Notes under the pieces: generated by a model
What the model saw: only the letters and a program-made list of their open reading frames with translations
Database searches by the model: none
What the model was told of the DNA's origin: nothing
Program-made: the position numbers and the translations under genes
NCBI RefSeq assembly: GCF_036971445.1
Contig: NC_091475.1
Location: forward strand, 201,624,001 to 201,688,000
Reading direction: 5' to 3'
DNA: 64,000 nucleotides
Source of the DNA: Narcine bancroftii
Taxonomy: Eukaryota
Shown here: piece by piece, positions 12,245-24,570 of the stretch
How the letters are laid out: each line of letters opens with the position of its first letter
Numbering within the stretch: position 1 is the stretch's first letter

Positions 12245-12805
12245 CTCAAGTCAAGTTTATTATCAAGTACAACCTGATGAAACAGCCTTCTTTGGGTCTT
12301 CAGTGCAAAACACACAGGCACACAACCAGACATAACATGCATGCAGGAAAACAGTACACATGCATGGCAAGTATTTCAGCTATACAAATAAATAAATATT
12401 GCTTCATGAATATGAGAGTCTCAGCGGGTCAGTGTGTGCAGTTCCTTCGGTCGTTCTGCATTCTCACTGCCCGTGGGAAGAAGCTGTTCCTCAGCCTGGT
12501 GGTGCTGGCTCTGATCCTCCTGGATCTCTGCCCAGACAGGCAAAGCTGAAAGATGCTATGCACGCCTTCTTCAGACAACGATGCCACTACATCTTCGATG
12601 GGGGTGGGTGGGGGGTCGGTGGTGGAGGGGTGAGGGAGACTCCAATGGTCCTGTGGATTGACCTCCAATCCATTTCTCGGTAGCAACCGTACCACACAGT
12701 GATGCAGCCGGCCAGGATGCTCTCGATAGAGCTCCCACAGAAGGTTGGCATAATGGTGGTCGTTTGCCTTGCCTGCTTGTCTTCTCAGAAAGTGCAGTCG
12801 CTGTT
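12245..12805 (-). mobile_element. Rex/Babar-like LINE 3' end
   Basis: SGQRSRRIRASTTRLRNSFFPRAVRMQN. Closely related copies at 15140-15620 and 33050-33693. Confidence 0.75.
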
Positions 12806-13575
12806 ACACCTCCTCTCCCCTGCTTCTACCATTTCTATTCATGTGTCTACCCATTTTTCCAGATTCCTGGTGGAGGTCCCAGGCCGGAAACGCTGACTGC
12901 CTCCTACTTTCTCTGGATGACCTACTAAGCTTTTCCTGCACAGATCCCATCCTCTGCAGTCCCCTGTGTCTCAAATAAGTTCTGCTGAAGTCCACAGCAA
13001 TTATTAATGGTCATCAATATTTTATTATTGAATGTAGTAGCTGCAAATGCTAAATGAATTAGATTCATTTCAATCTAATGACAACATCAAGACGACATCT
13101 GAAGTTCACTCATTAAGCAGGTGAAGTCAGACACTGGCGGAGGATCAAAAAATTAAAAATCATGGGAATATTTAAGAGATGAATAGTAGACTGAGGACAA
13201 TAGAGGATTGGGGGGGGTGGTCGGAGAAGAGCAAACAATGAGGTGGAGCCAATCAGCAAATATTTTTCACCGTTGCGGGGAGGGGGGGGGGGTCGTGCTA
13301 ATTACAATTAGAGGTCCACACTGAATCAATAGCTTGTGTTTGAACTTTTTATTTCCATTTAATTCAATAAAGAATCTGACTGCCACCAAAATATAGTCAC
13401 AGCGGAATGGCAGGAAAAGTTGCAGTCAGTGTGTGCACGCCAGGAACCCACAAACAGCAGGGAGCTGCTTTCCATGGAATCTTTTCAAGATTTAAGATCC
13501 CCTTATTGTCATGTATTAGTACAGAACATGTAATTTTACATGAATTGTTTTCTGCCTGCCGTAAAGGGGCGACGG

Positions 13576-13868
13576 TGTGGTGGTACACCACTGGCCTACT
13601 GCAGGGGCAACCTCTGTACCTGCAGAAGAGCATGGGGACAAGACAACACCCTGCCAGCTGTCAATCAGTCGACCTGAATAGACCACGCCCCACCCGGTCG
13701 GGTGTCAATCACCCTTCGGGATATAAGCCTGAGCCGGCCCTTTGAAGATACTCTCAGAGTTTACAGCAGCTCTCCTCACAGCTGGCTCTGTGGAAGTTTA
13801 CCTCGAATAAAGCCTGTTGTGCAGTCTTTTGGTTTCGTGTGTTTGCTTCTGACCGACAGTGTACCACA
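13576..13868 (+). mobile_element. Solo LTR, related Gypsy family
   Basis: TGTGGT...ACCACA ends, TATAA, AATAAAGCC, 5-bp TSD GACGG/GACGC. Confidence 0.8.
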
Positions 13869-13920
13869 GACGCTAATAGCGACTCTTTGCCTTGAGGCAG
13901 GCAGAAGCCGATTCAGTGTA

Positions 13921-14203
13921 CAGGGAGTCCCAGGGTTACGAATGTCCGACTTACGGACAACTTGTACTTACGAACAAATTGTGCCCCCAATCCGTGCATG
14001 TGCATAATATTACTTCATGAATGCCCCTTCTGGAATGCAAGACATCAATGGAATGAGAGTAAGAGTTAACTATTTAAATGTTTTTTTTACAGTACTAAGA
14101 CAAACTTTTGACTGACGTTAAATAAGAACATGTTCCGACTTATCCACAAATTCAACAAAGACAGACGGAGAACAGATCTCGTTCATAACCCAGGCACTCT
14201 CTA
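13921..14203. mobile_element. Tc1/mariner (Tigger/pogo-like) MITE
   Basis: Left end TA|CAGGGAGTCCCAGGGTTACGAA and a degenerate inverted right end TTCATAACCCAGGCACTCTC. Confidence 0.55.
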
Positions 14204-15139
14204 TTCTATTACATTAAGTACTGAATGTCCATGGATTCATCTCCAGTGATCCTGCACAGAGTCCTGTTCCCTCTATTAGCAAATGGAGCTCCTGATCCAA
14301 CCCTCCAATATAATCAGGAAGCCTTCAGCACTGGGACCCCTTCTTGCCCTCAGTACGCTCTCAAATCCCGGCTCCATTACCTGGTTCCCACGAGCCAGTC
14401 AGCAGGGTACCCTGACTGATAGTCACCCGCAGCCTGTGTGGGTCCTTTAGCCGCTGAGCTCCTAGCTGGTTTGCTGTCGCAGTCACCTTCCATGTAGGGT
14501 TAACCCCTCTGCTTCACCTTCTCAATGGTGGGGGGGGGGTTTCTCCCTATTTCTGCTGCCCTGCATTGATAGGCTGCTCCCCCCAGTGTCTGCAATCCCT
14601 TGCGGCCACTGCATGCGCAGGTGCCACTATCTTGGGCACAGACCTCCGCGGTTGCAGGATTTTACTTACTAACACAGTCAGCTCCTTTAACAGACTGTTT
14701 AATGCCTCTATGGAGCTGCCACCATTATGACTGGGTGGTTAAACCCTTCGGAGCACCGCACCGCACCCCGCTCTCCCGGGTCCACACCAGCTTCAACGCT
14801 GCCGCTACAGCAGCTCCGCCATTTTCGCACATGTGACAGAACAGGCAGGGCTTCAAGTTAAAGTTTGCCTTGAGAAGCTGCTTGGCCAGGTGCCCAGAAC
14901 TCTCTCAGCACTCCATTGAAGCACCAGTTGATACTTTGTACTCAGGTATTAAGTGTGAGACTCGAACCCACAATCCTTCAAAACTCACTCGGAATTTCAT
15001 TATCAACCGAGCCAACATTGACACCTAATGGACCTTTGAGGAAGTAATGCTCCTCATGTCTGCTGGAAATAATTGCTAATCACAAAACTATGCATTTAAG
15101 GCACAATTTAAGATTCCCTTATTGTCTTGTACACAATTT

Positions 15140-15620
15140 TTTTCTTTCAAGTTCAAGTTTATTATTATCATACAATTGTAAAATACATCAGGATGAAATG
15201 TCGTTCCTTGGTCCTCGTTGTTAAAAACAGTCGAACACCTATATAGACATAGCACAAATATTTACAAGCCATTTATGTGCAGTACATATATACAAATAAA
15301 TAAATATTGTTGAATAATCGTAGAGTCTCGGATGGCTACTGTGAGCAGTTCCTTTGGTCGTTCAGCATTCTCACTGCCCGCGGGGGAAAAGCTGTTTCTC
15401 CGACTGGTGGTGCTGGGTCTGATACTCCTGTGTCCCGTTCCCAATGGGAGCAGCTGGAAGATGCTGCGTGCAGGGTGGAAATGGAAAGGGTCCTCGATGA
15501 TTTTGCAAGCCTTCTTCAAACAGTGATCCCGTTTGAACTGTGATGGCAACACAAGGAGGTGCCACAATTATGGCGCCCGTCCAAGACTCGTAAATGCGTA
15601 GGCAACCTTGGCTCCTGTGC
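15140..15620 (-). mobile_element. Rex/Babar-like LINE 3' end
   Basis: CLKKACKIIEDPFH..HPARSIFQLLP.G..HRSIR.STT..RNSF. Confidence 0.7.
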
Positions 15621-16009
15621 AATCTATAAATTCACTGGTGACACCACCATTGTCAGATGAATAATGGGAATTGATGAGTTGGAAATAAGATTGAGAGTTT
15701 GGTTGGGTGGCGCCAGAGAAACGATATTGCTCTCAATCCAAACAAAACCAAGCAGGTTGGGGAGAGACTGTGCACCTCTCTTCATTGATGGGGCAGCAGT
15801 GAAGAGGTTTAGCACCTTCAGGTTCCTGTATGCAGTCATCCTGGAAAAAGATTTTCAATGTATAAAAGCGACCAGGAGCCCTGTCCTAAAGGCGATTTAA
15901 ACCTGTGCGGGACTGTGCTGGGCAGTAGTACCCCACAGAGGAGCACCAAAATTCAGGTCACCTCTCCCCCACTCCTCCTGGGTCCACATGGCAACACTAA
16001 CACTAAAAT

Positions 16010-17790
16010 GTTAGATCATACAGGATTTCATCATATTACAGGCTCTATGGCCCACGATGTTGTGCCAACCTCTATAAACCTACTCAATAATCAAAACCTT
16101 CCATAACTCACACTCATAACCTCTATGGCATTCATGTGCTTGTCTAAGTGTCTTTTAAAAGTCCCTATTTTACCAGCCTCCACCATTACCCCGGGCAGTG
16201 TGTTCCAGGCACCCACTGCTCCGTGTATAGAAAAAAATGTAACCCTAATGTCTCCCCTGAATTTTCTTCCACTTGCTCAAATGCCCTCTGGTATTTGCTA
16301 CTCTTGGCCCAGGAAAAAAGTTGCTGGCTTTCCACCCTATCTACGCCTCTCATAATCTTCTGGGCCTCAATTGAGTCACCTCTCATCCTTCATCGCTTCA
16401 AAGAGAGAAGTCCAAACCATGCTAACCTTGCCTCATAAGACACATTCTCCAATCCAGGCAGCATTCCAATAAATCTCCTCTGCACCCCCTCCTGTAATGA
16501 TGCCACAAGAAACTGACCACTATTCTAAGTGTGAAATAACCAAAGGCTTATAGAACTGCAACATTACCTCTCAGCTCTTGAACTCAAATACATGACTAAT
16601 GAAGTCCAGCATATTTAACTGCTCCATCAGGCTGTGTGGCAGCATTGAAAAATTTTTGGACTTGAACCCCAATGACCCTCTGTTCTTCCACACTGTTAGG
16701 AATCCTGTCATTAACTATGTACTGGACCACCAGGTTCAACATGCATCACTTCATGCTCATTCAGATTGAACTCCACTTTTCTGCCCAACTCTGCATCCTG
16801 TCTATATTCTGCTGTTACCTACGACAACCTTCTTAGAACCATAGAACATTACAGCACAGGAACAGGCCCTTTTGGTCCTTCTAGTCAGTGATGAACCATT
16901 TTTCTTCCCAGCCCCACTGACCTGCATCCAGTCCATAACCCTCCATACCTCTCCCATTCATGTTCCTGTCCTCTGAAAACTTACTGAGCAATCCTTGCAC
17001 TTTTTCATCTAGGTCATTCATAAAAATCACAAATAACAGGGGTCCCAGAGCAGATCCCCACGGAACTTCAGTAGTCATCCAGGAAGTACATGTTCCATTT
17101 ATTATTACCCTCAGCTTTCTACGGGAAACCCAATTCTGGATCCACACCACCAAGATTCCATAGATGCCATTCATCATGACGTCCTGAATGAGTTTACCAC
17201 GGGGCAGGGCTTGTCAAGTCCCTTAATAAAATCCATATATTCCACACCTACTGCCCTTCTTTCTTCAATTTCTTTGTCACTTCCTCAAAAATCACAATTA
17301 GACTCTTGAGGCAGGATCTGTCCCCCACATACTGTGAAGACTATGCTTCTCGAAATGTATGCTGCGCTGCAGTGCGAGCAAACAAGCTCAAACCACAAAG
17401 GCTCTATCCAGGCGTTAATTACCTTAAAACTTGCACCAGGTTCTGTTTCCCTTCTGGCTTTGCATGCTCTGCTCCTGTCCAAGGGCTGGTGCGAGCCTTC
17501 CTAGGGGGCCGGTGATTGGCGGGGAGTAGGTAGAACCAGCCTCCCAGGTTACCTCCCTGCAGGTATAGTGGGTTGCCCCCTGCAGTAGGGAGTGCAGACA
17601 GGCGCAGGCGGTCACAGACAGTCCAGTGGTTGTATCACCACAAAATGTTCTAAGAATCCTCTCCAATAGTTTGCCCACCACTGACATAAGGCTCACTATG
17701 ACCTAAGGAGACTACAACTGCCATTCTCCAATCCTGCGGTACCTCCCCTGTGGCCAGGGAGGACGCAAAGATCATCGTCTCTGGCTTCCG
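16010..17790 (-). mobile_element. CR1-like LINE RT region, fragmented, with a nested solo LTR and a nested CR1 tail
   Basis: WIQNWVSRRKLRVIING...VPWGSALGPLLFVIFMNDLD, TGEVPQDWRMA, LMSVVGKLLERIL. Confidence 0.8.
17358..17642 (-). mobile_element. Solo LTR, related Gypsy family
   Basis: Minus-strand start TGTGGTGATACAACCACTGG...CCTACTGCAGGGGGCAACC, as in the 7637 and 13576 LTRs. Perfect 5-bp TSD AAATG at 17353-17357 and 17643-17647. Confidence 0.8.
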
Positions 17791-18660
17791 TCCCACCAGT
17801 TCATCAGAGTGAAATAGGGGTTTCGCGGACCTCCAACCGGGGCCATCCCTCTTTAGTTCCTCAGCATTCTCCGGCATCCGCCAACTTTACATTCGACGGC
17901 CACATTCCCCCGCCTTCTGGTCCCACGTCAGGTGTCAGGAAATGCGAAAGGAGACGGCAGTCAACGAACTTCGGGGGTTCTGACCCCATTGGACCCACCC
18001 TCCCTCCCCTGCTTCATCTGCGGCTCTCACCCTTGACCCCCCCATGCCCAGAGAGGATGTGTCTACTGACCATAGCTAAGCGAGTATAAGACAGCTTTAA
18101 TAAACTAATATGTACACTAAGAGGTCTTGTCTCTTTGCAAGACAAACCTGGAAGGCCAGACTGTAGCTCAGGACTGCTTTATAGACAAGGTCACCGGGAC
18201 GACCCCTGGTGGCCTAGTGATGTAATTACATGTCGCATAAGTGAAGACCAGAGCCACCTTGCCCCCACCCCCTCTCGGCTTTATTCGGCTGTTTCCGATA
18301 CCGTTCGGTTGCCCCTCACAAAGATGGCGGCGGCGCGTCCAACTGGGTATGGCCCGCTTCAGCCCTGCCCCTTTAGTTGCCTTTATAACCTTCCCTTACA
18401 TTTGGGGGGGGGGGAACTCTCCCTGTTAGCTATCGTCGCGGTAAAAAATAAATGAAATAAACCAAAATGATTCTGCCTATATTTATTTTAGCAGATTGAA
18501 TTGGGGTTGGAGGGGGTCCTTCCTGAGGTGAGTCGCGCCCGGCGGGCGACGGGGTCGCGCTGCTGGCAGGAGGTCTGGGTTGTGGAAGTGTCCGAGGCAA
18601 GTCGCACAGTGAGTGGGGGAAATGACTCCTGGCGGCCTCTGGTTCTCCCCGTCGGGGAGA
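17780..18660 (+). promoter_or_regulatory. AKAP17A: CpG-rich promoter and putative non-coding first exon of AKAP17A
   Basis: Local CpG enrichment, GC box near 17906, CACGTCA near 17924, YY1-type AAGATGGCGGC at 18321-18331, consensus donor GAG|GTGAGT at 18527/18528. The nearest downstream plus-strand gene is AKAP17A, whose ATG exon begins with an acceptor. The link is inferred. Confidence 0.6.
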
Positions 18661-18689
18661 GGTGAAGGGGGGGGGGGGGGGGAGGGAGA

Positions 18690-20764
18690 GGGCTGGGCCC
18701 GTTTGAGGGAGGCTGGGCCCGTTTGAGGGGGGGCTGGGCCCGTTTGAGGGGGGCTGGGCCCGTTTGAGGGGGGCTGGGCCCGTTTGAGGGGGGTTGGGCC
18801 CGTTTGAGGGGGGTTGGGCCCGTTTGAGGGGGGTTGGGCCCGTTTGAGGGAGGTTGGGCCCGTTTGAGGGGGGCTGGGCCCGTTTGAGGGGGGCTGGGCC
18901 CGTTTGAGGGGGGTTGGGCCCGTTTGAGGGGGGCTGGGCCCGTTTGAGGGGGGTTGGGCCCGTTTGAGGGGGGTTGGGCCCGTTTGAGGGGGGTTGGGCC
19001 CGTTTGAGGGGGGTTGGGCCCGTTTGAGGGAGGTTGGGCCCGTTTGAGGGGGGTTGGGCCCGTTTGAGGGGGGTTGGGCCCGTTTGAGGGGGGATGGGCC
19101 CGTTTGAGGGAGGCTGGGCCCGTTTGAGGGGGGCTGGGCCCGTTTGAGGGGGGCTGGGCCCGTTTGAGGGGGGCTGGGCCCGTTTGAGGGGGGCTGGGCC
19201 CGTTTGAGGGAGGCTGGGCCCGTTTGAGGGGGGCTGGGCCCGTTTGTGGGGGCTGGGCCCGTTTGAGGGGGGCTGGGCCCGTTTGAGTGGGGCTGGGCCC
19301 GTTTGAGGGAGGCTGGGCCCGTTTGAGGGTGCTGGGCCCGTTTGAGGGGGGCTGGGCCCGTTTGAGGGGGGCTGGGCCCGTTTGAGGGAGGCTGGGCCCG
19401 TTTGAGGGTGCTGGGCCCGTTTGAGGGGGGCTGGGCCCGTTTGAGGGGGGCTGGGCCCGTTTGAGGGGGGCTGGGCCCGTTTGAGGGAGGCTGGGCCCGT
19501 TTGAGGGGGGCTGGGCCCGTTTGTGGGGGGATGGGCCCGTTTGAGGGGGGCTGGGCCCGTTTGAGGGGGGCTGGGCCCGTTTGAGGGGGGCTGGGCCCGT
19601 TTGAGGGGGAATGGGCCCGTTTGAGGGAGGCTGGGCCCGTTTGAGGGGGGCTGGGCCCGTTTGAGGGGGGCTGGCCCGTTTGAGGGGGGCTGGGCCCGTT
19701 TGAGGGAGGCTGGGCCCGTTTGAGGGGGGCTGGGCCCGTTTGTGGGGGGCTGGGCCCGTTTGAGGGGGGGCTGAGCCCGTTTGAGGGGGGGCTGGGCCCG
19801 TTTGAGGGGGGCTGGGCCCGTTTGAGTGGGGCTGGGCCCGTTTGAGGGGGGGCTGGGCCCGTTTGAGGGGGCTGGGCCCGTTTGAGGTGGGCTGGGCCCG
19901 TTTGAGGGGGTCTGGGCCCGTTTGAGGGGGTCTGGGCCCGTTTGTGGGGGTCTGGGCCCGTTTGACGGGGGTTGGCCCGTTTGAGGGGGGATGGGCCCGT
20001 TTGAGGAGGCTGGGCCCGTTTTGAGGGGGGCTGGGCCCGTTTGAGGGGGGCTGGGCCCGTTTGAGGGAGGCTGGGCCCGTTTGAGGGGGGCTGGGCCCGT
20101 TTATGGGGGCTGGGCCCGTTTGAGGGGGGCTGGGCCCGTTTGAGGGGGGCTGGGCCTGTTTGAGGGGGGCTGGGCCCGTTTGAGGGGGGCTGGGCCCGTT
20201 TGAGGGAGGCTGGGCCGTTTGAGGGTGCTGGGCCCGTTTGAGGGGGGCTGGGCCCGTTTGAGGGGGGCTGGGCCCGTTTGAGGGGGTCTGGGCCCGTTTG
20301 TGGGGGTCTGGCCCGTTTGTGGGGGGCTGGGCCCGTTTGAGGGGGCTGGGCCCGTTTGAGGGGGGCTGGGCCCGTTTGAGGGGGGCTGGGCCCGTTTGAG
20401 GGGGGCTGGGCCCGTTTGAGGGGGGCTGGGCCAGTTTGAGGGGGGCTGGGCCAGTTTGAGGGGGGGCTGGGCCAGTTTGAGGGGGGCTGGACCCGTTTGT
20501 GGTGTCTGGGCCGTTTGTGGGGGACTGGGCCCGTTTGAGGGGGACTGGGCCCGTTTGTGGGGGGCTGGGCTGTTTGAGGGGGGCTGGGCCCGTTGAGGGG
20601 GGCTGGGCCCGTTTGAGGGGGGCTGGCCCCGTTTGTGGGGGGCTGGCCCGTTTGAGGGGGACTGGGCCCGTTTGAGGGGGGCTGGGCCCGTTTGAGGGGG
20701 GCTGGGCCCGTTTGAGGGGGGCTGGGCCCGTTTGAGGGGGGCTGGGCCCGTTTGAGGGAGGCTG
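18690..20764 (+). repeat. G-rich minisatellite, 20-bp unit GGGGGGCTGGGCCCGTTTGA, roughly 100 copies
   Basis: Directly visible tandem array with unit variants (GGGAGGCT, GGGGGGTT, GGGGGTCT, TTTGTGG). Preceded by a G16 run at 18667-18682. Confidence 0.98.
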
Positions 20765-21801
20765 CCTGGAAGCCCGAGGTCTGACCGGGCTTTAAATGTT
20801 CTTCCCCTCGGCTTCCAAATGCGCAGCTGGTTCCTTCTGGTGAGGAGGTGAAGTGAAGCCAAATAAAACCTGAACCTATTGGTGGAGGGTTAAGGGGACG
20901 CCAATGCAATATAAATATGTAGATACTGGGTACAAACGGGTAAGACAGAGGCCCCAAACTTTTAAACCATTGACCCCCTTCATTGATCCCTCATCAACCC
21001 CCAGGCATGTACAAAAAAAATGAATAAATAATAAAGTCGACGTGCTGTTTCATATGCATTAATGTGGGAACCTGCATACCGAACCCTGTTTTTCTACTCC
21101 TCTACTTTATAATTAATGTTCTGTAGCCCCCTCCCCCTGTGAATATCTCTCACTCCCCACCACCACCAACGTACATCTTTTTTTCTCCACTTCGTCCTCC
21201 CGTCAAGGCCAGCTCTCATAAGATGTCCTTGTTACTGTGAGTGCAATTTTCTGTCGGTACACCCCTGGGAAACCGATATGTCAAAGGTCCATTGTCTTAT
21301 AATTCCACCTAATAACAAATTATTAACTCCATTATTCTCATTATGTTTCAGTAAAACAAATAGACAATAAAATCTAATTATATATAAATCAGAAATGTGT
21401 ATAAGCAAGTTGTATTATACGAATGTGAGCTTCCGATCTCAAAGTTCAATCGACCTGCCACTTCCCCAGCTGTTATCGAACCCCCCCCCCCCCCCCTTTT
21501 TGACCCCAGGCATTTATTGACCCCTTGTATGGTTCCATCAACCACTTTGGAGATAATCTGTGGTAAGCGGACAATAAAACTTTGTAGTTCAAGGAAAAAA
21601 GTAAAAATCAAAGTGTACTTTATAAAGCAATGATACATATACATCTAACATATTGGGCTTGAGCCCATTGCGGTAAAGTGTTCGTTTGAGCTGGAATGGT
21701 GTAGCCCATACATGTGTTAGGAACAATCAGTGTCTTCAAAAAAGGAAACTAGATAAGAATGAGAGAGAATAACTTTCAGATAATGGGTGAATATTCTAAA
21801 A

Positions 21802-21941
21802 TAGTGGTTCTCAACCTTTTTTTTTGTGCTCATATTACCACCTTAAGTAATCCCTTAATAACCACAGAGCACCTATGGCATTCTAGTAAGGGATTACTTA
21901 AAGTGGTATGTGAATAAGGGAAAAAAGGATGGGAATCACTG
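21802..21941. mobile_element. Short hAT MITE unit (monomer of the composite MITE family)
   Basis: TAGTGGTTCTCAACCTTT left TIR, palindromic interior, degenerate right TIR. Confidence 0.65.
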
Positions 21942-22120
21942 TGAAGAGTGATGCCCCTTGACAAAGCTGAAAACTTGTACAGGTATGTGCTGATTAACGT
22001 CTGTTCAGGCAACATCTGACAGCAAAGACATCTGTGGTGCCATAATTATTCAGTTACCGCTAGCAAGACCGCAACAATTTAGAAAAAGCAATTGCTACTT
22101 ATAGGAAATTGTATACTCAA

Positions 22121-22370
22121 ACTGATCCAACTGCCCGCTCTCTCCCCCATAGCCCTGCATCAGTCCCAACTAATCCCTCTGTCCTGTGCTCTCCCTGCAG
22201 CCCGGTATCAGACCCCATACTGATCCCACTGCCCTGCCGTCTCCCCGTAACCCTGTGACCGTCCCCACACTGCGCCACTCTCTCCTACAGCCCTGTGTCT
22301 GTCCCACACTAATCCTCCTGCCCTGCTTTCTCCCCACAACCCTGTGTTGGTCCCCACACTGATCCCCACT
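22121..22370 (+). repeat. Degenerate C-rich tandem repeat, unit about 45-50 bp, 5-6 copies
   Basis: Recurring CTGATCCCACTGCCCTGCTCTCTCCCC...AGCCCTGT...GTCCCACA. Confidence 0.7.
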
Positions 22371-22668
22371 TACAAATAAAAAGTTTACAGGTGCACTACA
22401 GTATCCCGTATAGCTTTGCTAAGTACATAATTGGTGTTCGCAACAACATCCACATTGCATAATGCCCAATTTCACAGAATGTATTGTAGATGTTAAGCGG
22501 AGCATAAAGTAGGTTCAGAAAGTCTGAAATAAAATCAGAAATTTATCATTCTTTATATTTATCTCATTATCAATCCCTATGATGTTGGACATGTTTATAA
22601 GTATTACTTATTAATTTTGAACACAGGTCTGAGTTCATAGAGTAAAACCTGAAAGTATGCAGATGCAG

Positions 22669-22799
22669 NNNNNNNNNNNNNNNNNNNNNNNNNNNNNNNN
22701 NNNNNNNNNNNNNNNNNNNNNNNNNNNNNNNNNNNNNNNNNNNNNNNNNNNNNNNNNNNNNNNNNNNNNNNNNNNNNNNNNNNNNNNNNNNNNNNNNNN
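22669..22799. other. Assembly gap (131 N)
   Basis: Run of N. Confidence 0.99.
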
Positions 22800-24084
22800 A
22801 GGTCAAACAGTGAAATTTAGCAAAGATAAAGGTACATGACTGATGTTTCGGGCTTGAGCCCTTCATCAAGATATAAGGGTAAAATCTTCGTTGGAGCAGT
22901 TTTGTCCCTGAACTTTGATAGATGTTTTCTTTCCTATTTTGAAGGCTCTAAAAAGATGCTTTAAATCATGGTGCTGAAAATAGTGGCCTAACTGATGAAA
23001 ACAAGTAGTCAGGGAATAGAAAAGTTAGTGTCATTGGTGATGTCCAGGAAACTGTCAGGTGGTTATAAAGACTCAACTGGTTTGATAATCTGCTGTACTC
23101 ACTCATTCTAGCTTGCATGTGAAACTGGACTCCCCCCAATTTGATTGGCCTTTGTTAAGGTGCAGCGGACCCATGAACAAGTGAATTAAAATGCATGTGG
23201 ATGAGTTGCTGAAGCAGTTATTGAAAAGACTACCAAATGTGAGAGGAGGACATGTTAAAAAGAATTATCTATTGTAAATGGCAGTGGTGTCCAGTTACTG
23301 AATAGATTATGAACTAAAATCAATCATCTTTGTTAAAAACACAATGCTGGAAAAACTCTGCTGGTCAAACAGTGTACTTTATGTAGCAAAGATACGTAAC
23401 CAATGTTTCGGGCTTGAACTCTTCATCAACCTTCAGATCCTTTCACCTGCCCCCCCCCCCACCACTCTCCATTGACTTACCCTAACCTTCGCCATCCCCT
23501 CTGACCTTTCCCTTTCTGAGACGGAGTACTCGGTTCTCTGTCGAGGCCTTGCCTTCCTTCACCACCACCCACACCTTAATGAGTTCCCACATGCCTTGAT
23601 GTCGAACCTTTGTTTCACTGCCTCCAGGCCCACTTCCATGACCTTGACTCTTCTCCACCCCCCCCCCCCCCCCACCAAAGACCACTTCTTCCGCATTAAG
23701 ACTTCTTCCTCCCCTTATCTCAGTGGAAATTGGAAATAAAAATATCCAGAGCGGAAAGTTCATTGGGTGCGTTGCTGGCCGCACTAATGACATAAGCGAT
23801 GCAACATGTGGGGGTAATATCGCACATGCACGGGTGTGTTAAGCGTCAGTGTACAGGTGATGAATCTCAGATGCAGGCGGAGGAGAGTGAAAGTTTCAGG
23901 ATCACCTGTCAATGAACTAATGAGAGGGTCAGAGGAATTTAGCTGAGTTGTTGGGGAGTTGAAGAATGCAATGTTGTGTCTTGTGAATAATAAAAGAAAG
24001 TCGACTTCACAGTGTGCTGAAAGAAACGAGTGAGTGCATTCTTTATTTGTTTGTAAGCTGTGGTAAATCCATGCCATTACAGGT

Positions 24085-24570
24085 ATACTGGCTTTGGTGG
24101 AAGTGGTGCAGGGGAGGTTTACCAGGTTGATTCCAGAGATGAAAAAGTTAGCCTATGAGGAATGTTTGGGTTGTCTGGGACTGTACTCGCTGGAATTTAG
24201 AAAAACGAGAAGGGATCTTATAGAAATGCATCAAATTTTGAAAGGCTTAGAGGTAGGTAAGTTGTTTCCATTCGTGGGGGAGAATAAACCTAGAGGACAT
24301 AGCCTCAAGATTCAGGGGAGGTTTAGGACAGAGATGAGGAGGGACTGCTTTTCCCAGAGGGTGGTGAATCTATGGAATTCGCTGCCCATTGAAGCAGTGG
24401 AGGCGACCTCAGTGAATATATTTAAAATAAGGTTGGATAGAGTTTTACGTAGTAGGGGACTTAAAGAATATGGGGAAAAGGCAGGTAGGTAGCCGTGATC
24501 TCATGGTGTGGCGGAGCAGGCTCGATGAGCCGATTGGCTAACTCCTGCTCCTATTCCTTATGATTCTTGA
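24085..24570 (+). mobile_element. CR1-like LINE 3' end
   Basis: VQGRFTRLIP...LGLYSLEFR...DLIE...RGHSLKI...FSQRVVNLWNSLP. Confidence 0.85.

Noticed and set aside
15140-15830. Possible third twin-priming inversion (minus Rex-like 3' end next to a plus RT fragment)
   Set aside because: No TSD found and the two pieces look unequally diverged, so adjacent independent insertions are as likely.
18690-20764. CRISPR array, telomere or immunoglobulin switch-region interpretation
   Set aside because: No unique spacers or cas genes and a eukaryotic context. The unit is not TTAGGG, lacks AGCT motifs, and there are no Ig exons nearby.
18483-20957. 824-aa and 253-aa proline-rich ORFs on the minus strand
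   Set aside because: The reverse unit TCAAACGGGCCCAGCCCCCC has no stop in any frame, the 20-bp period cycles through all frames, and frequent 1-bp indels are tolerated. This is a minisatellite artefact, not a gene.
23800-24081. Possible solo LTR (AATAAA, ends in CATTACA); similar hints near 18058-18250 and 11430-11890
   Set aside because: No matching termini or TSD could be defined.
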